A stretch of DNA of 63,474 nt, filler included, from Neolecta irregularis DAH-3 (lineage: Eukaryota), in assembly GCA_001929475.1 (NCBI GenBank). It is 15 parts of 15 records of this genome, joined end to end, with 100 filler letters (N's around TTAATTAATTAA, not from the genome) between each part and the next. Parts side by side here need not be neighbours in the genome. Positions count along the whole stretch, not along the records: positions 49,781 to 50,950 come from LXFE01001022.1; positions 51,051 to 61,800 come from LXFE01001024.1; positions 61,901 to 63,474 come from LXFE01001026.1; 12 more parts are not named here. One strand, written 5' to 3'. Below, one piece after another: positions 49,781 through 62,419 of the stretch (the stretch's first letter is position 1; each line of letters begins with the position of its first letter). The translations under genes were made by a program, and so were the position numbers. Under the pieces are notes generated by a model. The model saw nothing but the letters and a program-made list of their open reading frames with translations, was not told the origin of the DNA and ran no database searches.

Positions 49781-50950
49781 GTTATTAAAGGTTACCGAAT
49801 GGAAACCAAATGATCCCCTCGGCGGCTTTGTGCCAAGCACTGGGAATATTATTTGTGAACTACATCCTCGTCATGGTCTTGAAGAGAATAAACACTTCTT
49901 GAAAGTATGTCACGATGCTGGAAGGCGAATAGCAGAAGTTGTCTCGATTCATGAAAATATCAAATTGCTTTTCACTTTTAACGAAGATTTAAAAACTAAA
50001 CAAAGTGCTCTTTCATAATCTACTCTGCCTTACATTTCAGCAATCGCAAGCGCTAAATATGGTACTTACATTCCTGTTTTGGATCTAGGCAACGAAATAA
50101 GGTTATAGTGCATTGAAAAATCCCAAATTTCTTATGATACAGGTACTATCCTCAGCCGCTTGTGAAGAATATGTTTTTCCCGTGGGAACACGAATCATTG
50201 CAAGCACCTTTTATGGAATATGATAGTTTGATAATTCTCAATCTCGCTTTTCATTGGAACAACGTATGTTCGACTTGTCAAAGTATGCTGACATTAACGC
50301 AGCCCGATCTTGATGAAGAACACATTGCATACCTGATGCACGAAATGATACACATACTTGGCTTCTGCAATTTATGGTGCTCAAATAACACCAAACAAAT
50401 ATCTGAAGATTCCATCTTATTACCTCCTTTTTCCTGGGATGTGATAGAGACGAAAACAAACAAAATAATAACCATTGAAAATTATGACAGTTCGTACTGC
50501 AAATTCCTCAAGTTTAAGATGGAAGATAATTGGATAACAACAACTGAAGTAAAAAGGATTCTAAGCAATCTTTGGGGAAATGAAGCCGAACTTTGGTACA
50601 ATACTAGAAAGGGTGAAAAATCTTTTCCTATCCAGATAGCAGCTGGTTTCCATTCTGCAAAGACGAAGAAAAGAAACGTGGTTTTCAATGCAAATTTATG
50701 CAATGGCCGAGACATCGCCCTGCATCCCCCGGATATTTCACACGTCGAAGACATGAAGGCTGACTATTTGATGCGTCATAGAATTATTCCAAGTAAATTA
50801 ATCAAGCTACCAAAGAGATACCCTACCGGCTTCATAGGGCCAAAGATCAGAGCGATACTAGGTGCCCTGGGATACGGAATTGCCGGACTGAAAGGCGCTG
50901 GCGCAGTTGCAGTTCAAGATGACATGAAAATCATCCCGCCTCGACCTATT
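49781..50950 (+). CDS. Zinc metalloprotease-like protein (HEXXH), truncated at both ends
   Basis: Two short introns. Motifs YYPQPLVK, YLMHEMIHILGF, ISHVED..DYLM and IGPKIRAILGALGY. Confidence 0.75.
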
Positions 50951-51649
50951 NNNNNNNNNNNNNNNNNNNNNNNNNNNNNNNNNNNNNNNNNNNNTTAATT
51001 AATTAANNNNNNNNNNNNNNNNNNNNNNNNNNNNNNNNNNNNNNNNNNNNAACAACTAATTTATTATTACAGATGCTCTCTGAACAGAATTGGGGAGGAT
51101 TTGGTAAGATTTCTGTTGACGAGGCTATAAATTCAGGCAACTGATCTTGATTCTCGTCGTGGACCACGTAGCGGGTCGCCCCTTCGTTGTCTATGAATTC
51201 CAGGTCAGTAAATACGTTCAAGTAAAAAAAAAGATTGCTATCAATTTCCTCGTCACAGAATCTGAGGCAAAAACAACGAATAATTCAGCTAGAGAAACCC
51301 ACTGAGAATTCGAGACAGGAGTACAGGTAGACTGCCGTAAATATAATTTATCTATTCGAGAGCTAAGAATGACGCGACGATTCAGAGCTAGTCAAGGAAA
51401 TAACAACTCGTTTTGATAGACAAAGAAAGTCTAGATCTCAGACGATATCGAACGACTCTTGCCTTTTCATTTGATTATCTAATGTATAAGCCAAAACTAA
51501 TCTGGACAACTATTGTCTTCTTTTCTGCTACATCTGTTTATGCAGATTCTGCTGGTCCGAGAAAAGTCCGGGTGTTTCTTGGCGTACGAGCCATAAACAT
51601 CAACCAGTGTTTCGAACCAATATGGATCCCCGATTTTGCTCTGGGATAT

Positions 51650-52740
51650 CTAGATTGTTACAACTGCTCCATTGACATCTTCCAATAAATCGACTAGGTC
51701 CTCCATAAATGGACTCTTTTCCCACTTCCACCATCGATCGATCTCAATGAGCTTCAATTCTGGAAGCTTATCATCTGCAATCACAAGAGCCAAGTCCTCA
51801 GGCTGAAGCGTTTTGTGAGACATAACCGGATATTGCGGTCCTGGAAATCGAAGATGGCGAAGTTTTGATAGAGGCAATTCAAAGGTTGCATTCCTCAGGT
51901 GCGATAACTGGACCGTGAATTTGCAAAGATTAGGCATGTGGTGGAAGATTTGCGATTTGATTACCATAGCTGGTGAATCTGATGGGAGTGAGATGATTGT
52001 TAATTCAGTAATTTGAGCTCCATAGGTGATGAATAAATGGTCCAAGGTATGCAATGTTCCGACTTCGATAACAGTAACAGAATGAAGACTTGAAGGGATT
52101 TCTGAAACGGTCAAATATGAACTTCCGATCTGAGAATAAGATATGATCCTGAGCCGTAACATACAAGTTCGATCCGCTCCAGATGAGCTGGCCATTTATC
52201 TAAAGTAACTTGTTCCGACTTTCCTCGATTTGATTGTTTCTTGAGCAACTTCAAGGCCTTTAGATTGTTGAATTTCCCGAGATATACGCGCATTTGTTCC
52301 CAATTCCAATTGCCGACAACAAAAGACAAGTCCAGGACTTGTAGTTGTTGGCACTTTACAAGGATGGGCAAATGGACAGTGGAAAACCCAACTTGTGGAG
52401 CAATAAAATACTGTAGAAGGTGCAACGAGCGTTGTATGAGTTTGCTGGTCATACTTGCCTTGAGCGAATGCTGCATCCATCTAAGATCAAGGTATCTAAC
52501 GAAATTGCCGACCTCGCGCGATGAGATGGCGGCGAGATATTGGCGAATGTTATGGGGTGCCAAGTACGGGCGGGCATATAATAATGGAATAGCAGCCTCA
52601 TACCACTCGCGCGATACATATAGCAGTGGAATCAAATAAATATAGTCGTATTGTATGTGTGGTTGTGCAAGGAAATGGCAAATAGTTGCCATTAGTTCTG
52701 GCGGAAGTCGCATAGTCGAGATTGGTGGGGTATTTCGCAT
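51650..52740 (-). CDS. F-box/LRR-like protein (YLR352W-like)
   Basis: RLPPELMATICHFL..LLYVSREWYEAAIPLLYARP F-box, then FIAPQ and LQVLDLSFV. A 35-nt intron (GTATGT..CAG) joins the two ORFs. Confidence 0.8.
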
Positions 52741-52782
52741 TTCCGTATCATGCCGAAATAATTCCCCAGACGCCCCGGATCA

Positions 52783-53732
52783 ATGTCTTCGGCAACTGTG
52801 TATTTATTCAATAATCATCTCTGATAATGCTGATTTTTGGCAAGAATAGTCACTGGCGCATCAAAAGGAATCGGCTTTGCGGTTGTGGAATATCTTCTTT
52901 CGCAGTCTACGAATGTCGTCGCGGTTGCACGATCCGAAGGATCTCTAACATCGTTGAGATCCCAGAAGAACTTGGAAATTCTGCTTGGTGATGTCAAAGA
53001 GCCAGAAATTCCTGCCAAAGCAGTCAGGCTTGCAATAGACAACTTTGGCGGTTTGAGTGGATTGGTCCTCAATGCTGCAATTATCGAAGCCTCCAAGATT
53101 GCTGATGCGGATATCGAGAGATGGAAAACGCTTTACAATGTCAATGTGTTTTCCTTGGTTGCTTTTGTATGGCTCTCTTTACAGAAATGTCTCAATTGTA
53201 GGCGAAAGAGGCTATACCAGAACTGCGGAAATCGCGGGGAAGGATTGTGATGGTCAGCTCTGGTGCTTCTGTTAGGGCATATCAAGCAATGGGAGCTTAT
53301 GGAAGGTAATTATGTCGTTGGAATAGAAGCTGAATATCTTCAGCTCCAAGGCAGCTGTCAATCATCTCACAAAAACACTTGCCATCGAAGAGAAGGATAT
53401 CACTACGATAGCTTTTCGGTATGTGGATTTTCCATAGTCATTCCGATTTATGTGATAGACCAGGAGTGGTAGACACGAACATGCAGAAAGCTATTCGCGA
53501 GGATTGCAAGATACCTTATTTTCGATAGCTAATGTAAGATAAATCTCAGATGAGCCAAGCGGATGTGCACAAATTCCAAAGTTTATATGCATCGGGGGAA
53601 ATTTTATCTCCGGATCAACCGGGTAAAATTATTGCTGAGGCAGTACTCAGAATTGAATCATCTTTATCTGGGAAGTTTCTATCGTGGGACGGAGAGGAAC
53701 TGCACGAACTCAGAAATAGAGGTTCTTCATGA
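52783..53732 (+). CDS. Short-chain dehydrogenase/reductase (YIR035C/benzil reductase-like)
   Basis: TGASKGIG, LNAA, VSSGAS, WGAYG|SSKAA and RPGVVDTNMQ. Several introns, including GC-AG 53506-53538. Confidence 0.88.
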
Positions 53733-54939
53733 TGGGGAATTCAAGAAAACCACATAGACAGAAAAAATAATCAAACCAGTGTTTCTTTGCGACCGTTCTT
53801 GCTTGATCCCAGGAGACCGACACTTGCAGACTTTTCGACAATCTAAATTGCATACTTGGAAAGATTCCCAATGCTCTGATTTGAATCACCAATCGGATGA
53901 GAGCTTCTGAATCGATGTAGCCTTTCAGGGAATAATCATTACTTGTTTCAAGAGCCGTCATCATTGAACAAAGGGAGATATCTTGAAAGACTTTCTCTGT
54001 TTTCTTGATGGAATCCGTGTTCTTCGCCTAAAAAGCAGAATACTCAGTAGTAAGTTCCAATTTCACCGGACTTTAGATGTCTTCGAAGATTCTCACAAGC
54101 TTGTCTTCTGTAATTCAAAAGGATAATCACGCAATCAAGGCTTGGGGTTGTATTGCTGCCCTTCGACTCCACATCAAGTGATGTGTTATACGATGTTTAC
54201 CCATTTTTTTATAGGCAACTTTTCTGATTGAATGATGTATTATTCCTTGATGTTCTTTAATTTGAGCAGATGATCAAGACTGCTCTAAACATCCCGCCTC
54301 CTAAGTTCGCGTATGAAAGTTAACAGAAACACGCACTTCTTCTTCATTTTATCGACATCAGCGTAAATACTCCGTCATAAACGCAAATTTTCAAATACGA
54401 TAAACCGAAAAAGACGTTTTCATGACATCTAAAATACCTCATCGATGGGGACCCTGAGGTTGATCTGTCAAGTTATTTCAAGCTCTTCTGTCCAACGACA
54501 AAGGTTTTGTATCCATTCCTATCCTTTGCGAGTACTTTACCAACTCTCCTAGATAAGATCTCCGTACGGTTTCCCTTCTCAAAACACTCTTGATGTCAAT
54601 TTCGCAAACCTCAATAGCACAGATAATTTACTCCTTTTCCACGAGAAATATTCAAGGCGCGGCTGGAGTAGTTTTACTACCAGCTTCCATTTGAAAGCTG
54701 CATAGACGTTTTATTGTCTTCCAAGACGACTCTGTCAATGGTCACCCTCTTGCTTGACCCTCTCTTAATCTTTCCAATACATCAAAATTACAAAAGCGCT
54801 AGAATGGAATACACTGCAATGATTGTTATCGATTTTCAGAGGAGAATGCAATAATGAAACTCAACCTGTCGTCATTAGCCACCAGCAGGTCATTTGACTA
54901 TAAAAACCTCCAATTATCCTTCACCTCAACTGAAAAACT

Positions 54940-55487
54940 ATGTCTACTACGTCGAAAATGCCAATCGATTTCACCAGTCAAGGCTCGTCAAACCAAAAGA
55001 CGACTTGTAATTGTGGTGGCGATCCCTCCAAATGTGTCTGCTCAAATGCCACATGTGCTTGTGCAGGTTGCCCCAAAGCAGCCGGTTCATCCGAGAGGCC
55101 TCAAACCTGTGGATGCCAAGGAAATGAATCCAAATGCACTTGTAGTAAAGAAGCTTGTGCGTGTCCCAGTTGTCCCAAGAGAAAAGCTACTTGTTCTTGT
55201 GGGGCAAAGACTGCCGGCCAGTGCAACTGCAGCAAAGCTGATACAGAGAACAAAGTTGAAGGTGCGACCTGCAGTTGCGGAATGCGACCTGCAATGCGTA
55301 TGTACTTGAGCTCAGTTATGTGCTGAGCATACAGATTGTACTTGTTCCCAAGCTAGCGTGGAAAACACTGTATCTGGGAAAACTTGTTATTGTGGGAAGC
55401 GCAACGCCGGTGGTATTTTGCGATCTACAAAGCTTTGACTTACAACCAGCTTGTACTTGTGAACTGGCTGCTACTGAGAACAAATGA
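54940..55487 (+). CDS. Long modular metallothionein-like protein (about 157 aa, 26 Cys)
   Basis: Introns 55298-55334 and 55413-55449. Two CxC-x6-CxC-x4-CxCxxC blocks, then three CxCG-x6-CxC blocks. Almost no aromatic residues. Confidence 0.85.
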
Positions 55488-55573
55488 AGGCTTGCGTCCG
55501 AACAATGACTCAATGTTCACTACTGCATATACTAATGTATGTGCTTGAATTTGATTTTGTGCATTCCTTCCTT

Positions 55574-56559
55574 CTACTTTGCCGACTTCCTGTGCATAAA
55601 CCCTGCGCCAGCCTGATGAGATGGGAAGATGAGTGTCTAGACTTGTCAGAATTGTTGAAGAGGAGTCTTGTTACATCCGCAATCTACTATAGTTAGCATA
55701 GAACAGACTAAAGTAAGGGGATACCACAACATTCTCTCGTCGAGTAGCAGCAAATACAACAACTTCAGCAATATCTTCTGGTGTTAGAGGATCGACCCCT
55801 TCATAAATTGCATCCGCTTTACTCTTGTCTCCTCTAAACCGCACAACAGAGAATTCAGTCTCGACCTGACCAGGGTCGATTTCTATGATCCTACGTGTCG
55901 TTAGCATGGGACTTGAATCATCAAGATGCAAACCTGATCCGAGTGCTGATCAATTCTTTTCTGAGAGACTCGGTAAAGGCTCGCACAGCTGCTTTACTCG
56001 CACAGTAGATACTCCCGCCTGGATAAGGATCTCTACCGGCAACGGATCCAATATTAATAATATCTCCTCGACCACCTTTGGCATGAAGAATAGGCAAAAC
56101 CGCTTGAGTCATCTAGTTGATAAATGGTGATCTCAAAATGCTATCACACATTGAACAAGCCTAGAACATTCGTTTGCATCATTGCATCGATATCTGACGT
56201 GGCAACCTCACCAACCTTTTCGGTTCCAAGAACCATTCCACTGTCTGTTAGTCTGCTTCATAATCACTACTGTACGCATTATTGACCAGAATATCGATAT
56301 CTTTAAAGTCGTTGGGCAGAGATGCGATCAAGTTGGCGATTTCATCTTGGTTTCTCACGTCCAGTGCGGCTGAATGGACTTTGACGGTCTTGAATTTGTC
56401 TTTTAATTCGCTCTTGAGCTCTGCAAGTCTTTCAGTTCTCCGTGCAGTCAGGATGAGTTTAATTGATTGCTCGACCTTAGCAAATTCTAGAGCTGTCGAC
56501 CTTCCGATGCCCGAAGAAGCGCCTGTGATTAGAATAGTTTTATTTGTGATGCGGGACAT
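55574..56559 (-). CDS. NADP-dependent 3-hydroxy-acid dehydrogenase SDR (YMR226C/YdfG-like)
   Basis: [40 protein letters not shown] and [18 protein letters not shown]. Includes a 9-nt microexon at 55675-55683. Confidence 0.9.
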
Positions 56560-56908
56560 GAATGTTGCGATAGTGCGACAAAGCGGAGGTTTGTCGAATA
56601 GACAATGGAACATGCAGTTAAACGATACGGCAAAGTTGTAAACCATGGGATGACAGATGTTCATGTACCAATATACTATTTCACAATAATCAATCATTGG
56701 CACGATGATCATATCTGGTGGTAGATTGCGTTTTTTGGTCCCTTTTCATGGGAGACGTCTCCAACCAGCTAGCACTTTCGAGTTAGTGGTCTTCCGTTTT
56801 TCCAGTCACCTCTCTATTCATACTTTGAATACCTTTTACTCCACATATATCCTGCTTAGAGGACAACAGGATCACCAAACAAGGCTTTGACCTTGACTTC
56901 GAAGGGAT

Positions 56909-59900
56909 ATGATCAAATTGAATGAGGGGTATTATGGCATAACCGAGGATATCCTGATCCCCGATATAGTCGAGGATTAACCACGTTCATTTCGGATCTT
57001 CGCAATGCACGGGCTCGGGATTTGGAGGAGAAAAGGATCAACAAGGAACTCGCGAATATCAGAAGTAAATTTAAAGGTTGCGGCAGGCTCTCGAATATAT
57101 CTGACTGATATATTAGACGGGAGTTTGAGTGGATATCAGAAAAAGAAGTATGTTTGTAAAGTACGTTTACTGTGGATGAATTGCGATTAATAATCAGCTT
57201 CTTTACATCTACATACTCGGTTGGGACGTCGGATTTGGTCATCTCGAAGCAGTAAATCTCATTACGAGCACTCAGTACTCAGAAAAGCAAATAGGCTATC
57301 TAGCAATTTCGCTTTTGTTAAACGAAAACGACGAATTACTGCACTTGATCGTCAATAGTATCAAGAAAGATCTCGCGAGTCATAATGAACTGCACAATTG
57401 TATGGCGTTACATGCAATTGCAAATGTTGCCGGACGGGAAATGGGAGAGGCCTTGAGTGCAGATGTTCACCAGTTGTTGATATCGCCGTAAGAACACTTG
57501 ATCATTTTATTAGTGATGGTATTAGGACTTCAAAGGATTTTGTGAAAAAGAAAGCGGCATTGACACTTTTACGACTTTACAGAAAATACCCCGAGATTGT
57601 CCAGGTAGAGTGGGCTGAACGAATATTATCAATAATGGACGATGAGGATTTGGGGGTTGCACTTTCAGTCAGTAGTCTCATAATGGCATTGGCTCAAGAT
57701 GCTCCCGAGGCATATGCTGGGTGTTATGTAAAGGCTACCCATCGTTTAAAGCGGGTTTGCTCCGCTTGTTGTCATAGACTTATTTGGCTAGGTGTTGCTC
57801 GATAATGAGTATAAGGAAGGAGATGTCTATTACAAAGTTCCAGCACCGTGGCTAACAATCAAAATGTTGCGATTGCTTCAGTATTATCCGCCTAATGGTA
57901 ATATTTCGTCGTAGATGTGGGCTACTAATGTATCTTTAGAGGATGAAATCATCCTTGGCATGATTTACGACGTTCTCAAAGTTATTGTCGAATCCTCACA
58001 AGAATCTTCAAAGAATACTCAACAAAACAACGCACAAAGAGCAATCCTTTTCGAAGCCATAAACCTTGCTATTCATCTTGATCCTGAATCTCGACATGTA
58101 AAAAGTGCAACAGGTCTTCTTGGAAAATTTATCTCAGCAAGAGAACCAAACATACGTTATCTCGGCCTCGAGACTCTTGCACATCTCGCTTCTCAGTCAG
58201 AAGATCTTGATGTACTCAAGAGGAATCATAAGACTGTTATGCATAGCTTGAAAGATCGAGATATTAGTATTCGTCGGATGGGTTTAGACCTGCTCTACAG
58301 TATGTGCGATACAGAGAACGCTGAAGCCACTGTTGAAGAATTATTGAAATATCTTCATAACGCTGATTATGGTTTGCGAGAAGAGATGGTTCTGAAGATT
58401 GCTATAATCACTGAAAAGTTTGCGACTCAACAGAAATGGTACGTCGATACAACGCTACAGCTCATCAGTTCGGCTGGAAACTACGTTAGTGAGGAAGTAT
58501 GGCACCGAGTAGTCCAGGTTGTCGTCAATAATGAAGCTTTGCAGCAATATGCTGTAGCAACATTATTATCATACCTTCAACAAGGTGGATGCCACGAAAC
58601 AATCATCAAAATCGGTGGATACCTTTTAGGAGAATATGGTCATCTCGTTGCAACTTCTCCTAAACACAGTCCAATAGAACAGTTTCAGGCCATTCAAAGT
58701 AACTTCAAATCATGTTCACCTCATACCCGCGCGATGTTACTATCAACATATGTCAAGTTCATTAATTTATTTCCCGAGATCAAAGAGTATGTTCTGACAG
58801 CTCTAAGGCAGTATTCACGATCAATTGATCCTGAATTGCAGCAACGAGCGTGCGAGTACATCGCTTTGTCAACAATGCCAGCAGATGATCTCCTCCAAAC
58901 AATATGCGAAGAGATGCCACCGTATGTTGATAGAGTCTCGCCACTCTTATCTCGATTACATTCGAAGCATGCTGAGACAGAAGATAAGAGAACATGGATA
59001 CCTGGAGGAAAAGAAGTCAACAAATCTCGAGCTGCGCTAAAAGTCAACTTGAGTGGGGTTCAGAAACGCCAATTGAGTTCAAGTGCTGGTACCTCAACGG
59101 TCGTCACACCCTCTACAGAGCTCGAATTGGCTGGGCTAATGATAGCACAAGATACAAATGGGTCTTTTCCTTCGAAGCACGTTAACTTGGCTTCAGCAGA
59201 ACATCTCTCTCCCGGTTGGGAGATGGGATACTCTCGACTCCTACTACAGTCAGATGGAATATTATTTGAAGATGCTCAACTTCAAATTGGACTTCGCTCA
59301 GAATACCACGGTCAGTTTGGTCGCGTAGGATTATACTTCCGAAATAAATCACATGCGCCATACGGCTCCTTTACGATAACTTCGTTCAACCCTTCTCCAT
59401 CTATATTATCAATTCGAGTGCCTGAATTAGTATCAACAGTTCTCTCTCCAGACGGTCAAACAAACCAGATGTTCCACGTTGAAGCTCTTGATATGTTTGA
59501 GGAATCACCTACTGTTCGCATTTCCTATCTCGCAGGAGCATTGCAGGCCGTGACGCTAAAACTTCCCATCGTCCTTACAAAGTTTATGGAACCCGTAGTG
59601 TTGTCAAAATCAGATTTTTTCAGTCGCTGGTCACAAATCGGGGAATCTCGTGAATCCCAAAAGATTTTGAATGCAAAAGATATCATTGAAGCATCAAGAA
59701 ATAGAAAAACTATCTTAGGAATGAAGTGGAGTATCTTGGAAGGCGTGGAGAATAACTCGAATAACTTTGTGGGTGCTTCGGTAATACACACAAAGGCTTC
59801 AAAAACTGGATGTTTATTGAGATTGGAACCAAATTACGAAACAAATGTATGATCTCTCGATGTTTGAAACTAACTGGGAGATGTTTCGTATCACAGTCCG

Positions 59901-59970
59901 GACTACAAATGAAAGCGCTTCGTCATTAATAGCCAAGTTGATGGAATCCTTGCTTGTCGCGCAAATTTAG
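56909..59970 (+). CDS. apl3: AP-2 adaptor complex alpha subunit
   Basis: [68 protein letters not shown] and C-terminal [18 protein letters not shown]. Confidence 0.95.
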
Positions 59971-60116
59971 CAGTCTTTACGGAATAGGGAATTGGCCTCG
60001 GTTTGCAGGGTATACTAGGAGTTCTTTCTGCAATCTCTTTTGAATTTTAAGCTCTTTCCTGAAAAGTAATGTATTTTAAAGTGGGAGAAATCTTGATACT
60101 GATATATCATTGCTTT

Positions 60117-61181
60117 CTATTTTATGAAATTGTTGTTCAAGTCATTTAATGTTTTTCGCTCACTTTGATTTTCTTCGGAATTAGTTTTCGGGGGCCGCGA
60201 GCCTAAATGCGATCAACACAGCTAGGCAAAGAAAATTACCAAAGATTGTAGATCCTACTCGTACATTCGTACTACCCATGCAAATCGCTTCTTGATAATC
60301 CTCACTCATTCCCATGCTTAGCTCCAAATCAATGCCTAATGCTGCAGAAATTTCATCTCTAGTTCTGACTAGAAACTCGGGATTAGTTGTACTTTAATCT
60401 TTGACAAGAAATACCTGGAAATCCTCATTTGATACATCATGGTTATGACTTGTAGTTATCGAACCGATTGTCATGAGCCCAAGTAACTTCAAGTTCTTGC
60501 ATTCGTTATAGATAAATGAGGCCAGTTCTAAAGCAGCTGAAGGGTCTACTCCACTCTTGCCTCGATAGATTAGCAATAATCCTTCTGAAGATTTTTATAC
60601 TTCCTTCTCCGCTCGTATTTACTTGCACAAACACTCGAAGCTGCTCTTCTGTCATCCCAGGTTTTTTATCAGGATACTCTCTCTCTTTGTTTAAAAGATT
60701 TGCTTTCTTGCGTGTGTCGACTGTCTCGATTGCAAAAAGATTCGGAATTTGGGAAGCGAGGAATTTGCATTTGTTGCTTTGTAATGAACCGATAAAGTGC
60801 CAATGGATATCTCTAGGCAACTTTCTAGTGAGCTAATTGACGAGTTCATGTTGATACCTCATTGGATTTTTCCAGCAATTCCTGAACGTAATTTTCCCCA
60901 AAATGACGATGTCCCAGATTATACAGCGCTCTTATATCGGAGGCAGGTTTTAATTTACTGACGGCAACTAAACGGACCTGTGAACATAAGCATTGAAAAT
61001 ACGAATAAATAACCTTTCCATTGGGAGAGATCTTTGAAATTTTCGCTTTCACAGCACTTATTGCCGATGATAGCTCGTTGTTTCTTTGATGATCGATCAT
61101 GACTGTTGATACTGGACGCGTCTTTAAACGGAAAGGACAGACGAAATGACGGTGCAAGGATGACCTCGATAACGTCAACAT
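60117..61181 (-). CDS. Pyridoxal phosphate homeostasis protein (PLPBP/YggS family), possibly with a mitochondrial presequence
   Basis: [51 protein letters not shown] and [10 protein letters not shown] second in-frame ATG lies at about 61100. Confidence 0.92.
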
Positions 61182-61900
61182 GGACTTTAGTCCCTTGGTC
61201 TACCAAGATAAAATGTTGACCTTATTTGTAAATGACGCTTGGTTTTTTACTAATATCACGATGCTGCACAGTCGCGGGTTCCCCAGAAACCACCTGCTTC
61301 TTTCCATACTAACATCTCTCAATGTTTATTGACCTATCAGTGATGCAAAAGACTTCCGAGGTAAAACTAAGAAAATAAAGAAGGATAAAACAAAGGTCAA
61401 GGATATTGAGATAAGGCAGTGTTTAGACGACCTGCCTACCCCGGCCATTCCTCTCTCACAATACTTGCAATTTGCATTGGAGAGGATTACGTGTTAGCTC
61501 TGGTTGGGATTTTAATCGTCCCCTTTCAACTCATAATAGCTATTCGTACATGCAAATAACACTATGGAGGTAGCTTTTGGCGACAGAGTAGGGCTCCGTA
61601 ACACAGACGCAAGACTTCCATGCCTTGCCCTTGAATTACGAGAACCTAACTACCGTTATTTTCCAAGCCGCTGGCTGCATTGGTAATGATATATATCGGG
61701 CTATATATCTTCATACTTGTGTTCTGTCCCACCGGTGGAATCGCCCAGCCTCACCACCAAATCCACTAGCCTCATAAAATATACCAACCTTCTCAATTGC
61801 NNNNNNNNNNNNNNNNNNNNNNNNNNNNNNNNNNNNNNNNNNNNTTAATTAATTAANNNNNNNNNNNNNNNNNNNNNNNNNNNNNNNNNNNNNNNNNNNN

Positions 61901-62400
61901 TGCCAACAAATTCAATACAAGAAAGTCAAAGGGGGACCTTTGAAGAAGTATCACATGGAGGAAACTACCCTGCCATACAACCTAACAGCCTGCCAGAGCA
62001 TTCTCCAGATGGGTGGTTGGATCTCTTGGTGAAGGCGGGAGGCACAATAATTTGCTCTGAGAGGCCTCACCCGCAGTGTTGGGGATGGACCATGGACTGG
62101 ACTAGGAAAAAAGCCTGGTCCATCCAGTCTGTAAGTGTTGGAGCTCGAATTCGAATATGACCAGGTTTATTACACAAGCCTGCTGCCTGAGTGACTGAAC
62201 TTCCTGCGGACATACTGAGTGACTGAACTTGGCTAGGTAATGAACACCTATCTACTTTATATAATACAAATTAAATTGCCGCAATATTATTGCAAGCCTT
62301 CCTTCTGTAATGGTGGGCTCTACCCGAGGGTATATGCTTACACAGTCCATGGACTGGATGGACCGTTTCACGTGTTATTCGATTGTAAGGGATTTACCGC
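61901..62400 (+). mobile_element. hAT family 2 fragment with a family 1-type element nested at 62074
   Basis: 61901-62073 matches about 10334-10515. It is followed by the TIR CAGTGTTGGGGATGG and later TTTCACGTGTTATTCGAT. Confidence 0.65.
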
Positions 62401-62419
62401 GTCATAAAAATAATTCTAA

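Noticed and set aside
52111-52195. Apparent frameshift or recoding between the two F-box ORFs, and similar ORF overlaps in frs2, apt1, tad2 and GH12
   Set aside because: Each is resolved by a short spliceosomal intron, so no programmed frameshift or stop readthrough is needed.
53710-54850. Possible minus-strand gene between the SDR and the metallothionein
   Set aside because: Only short coding-like pieces; I could not build a consistent spliced model or recognise a domain.
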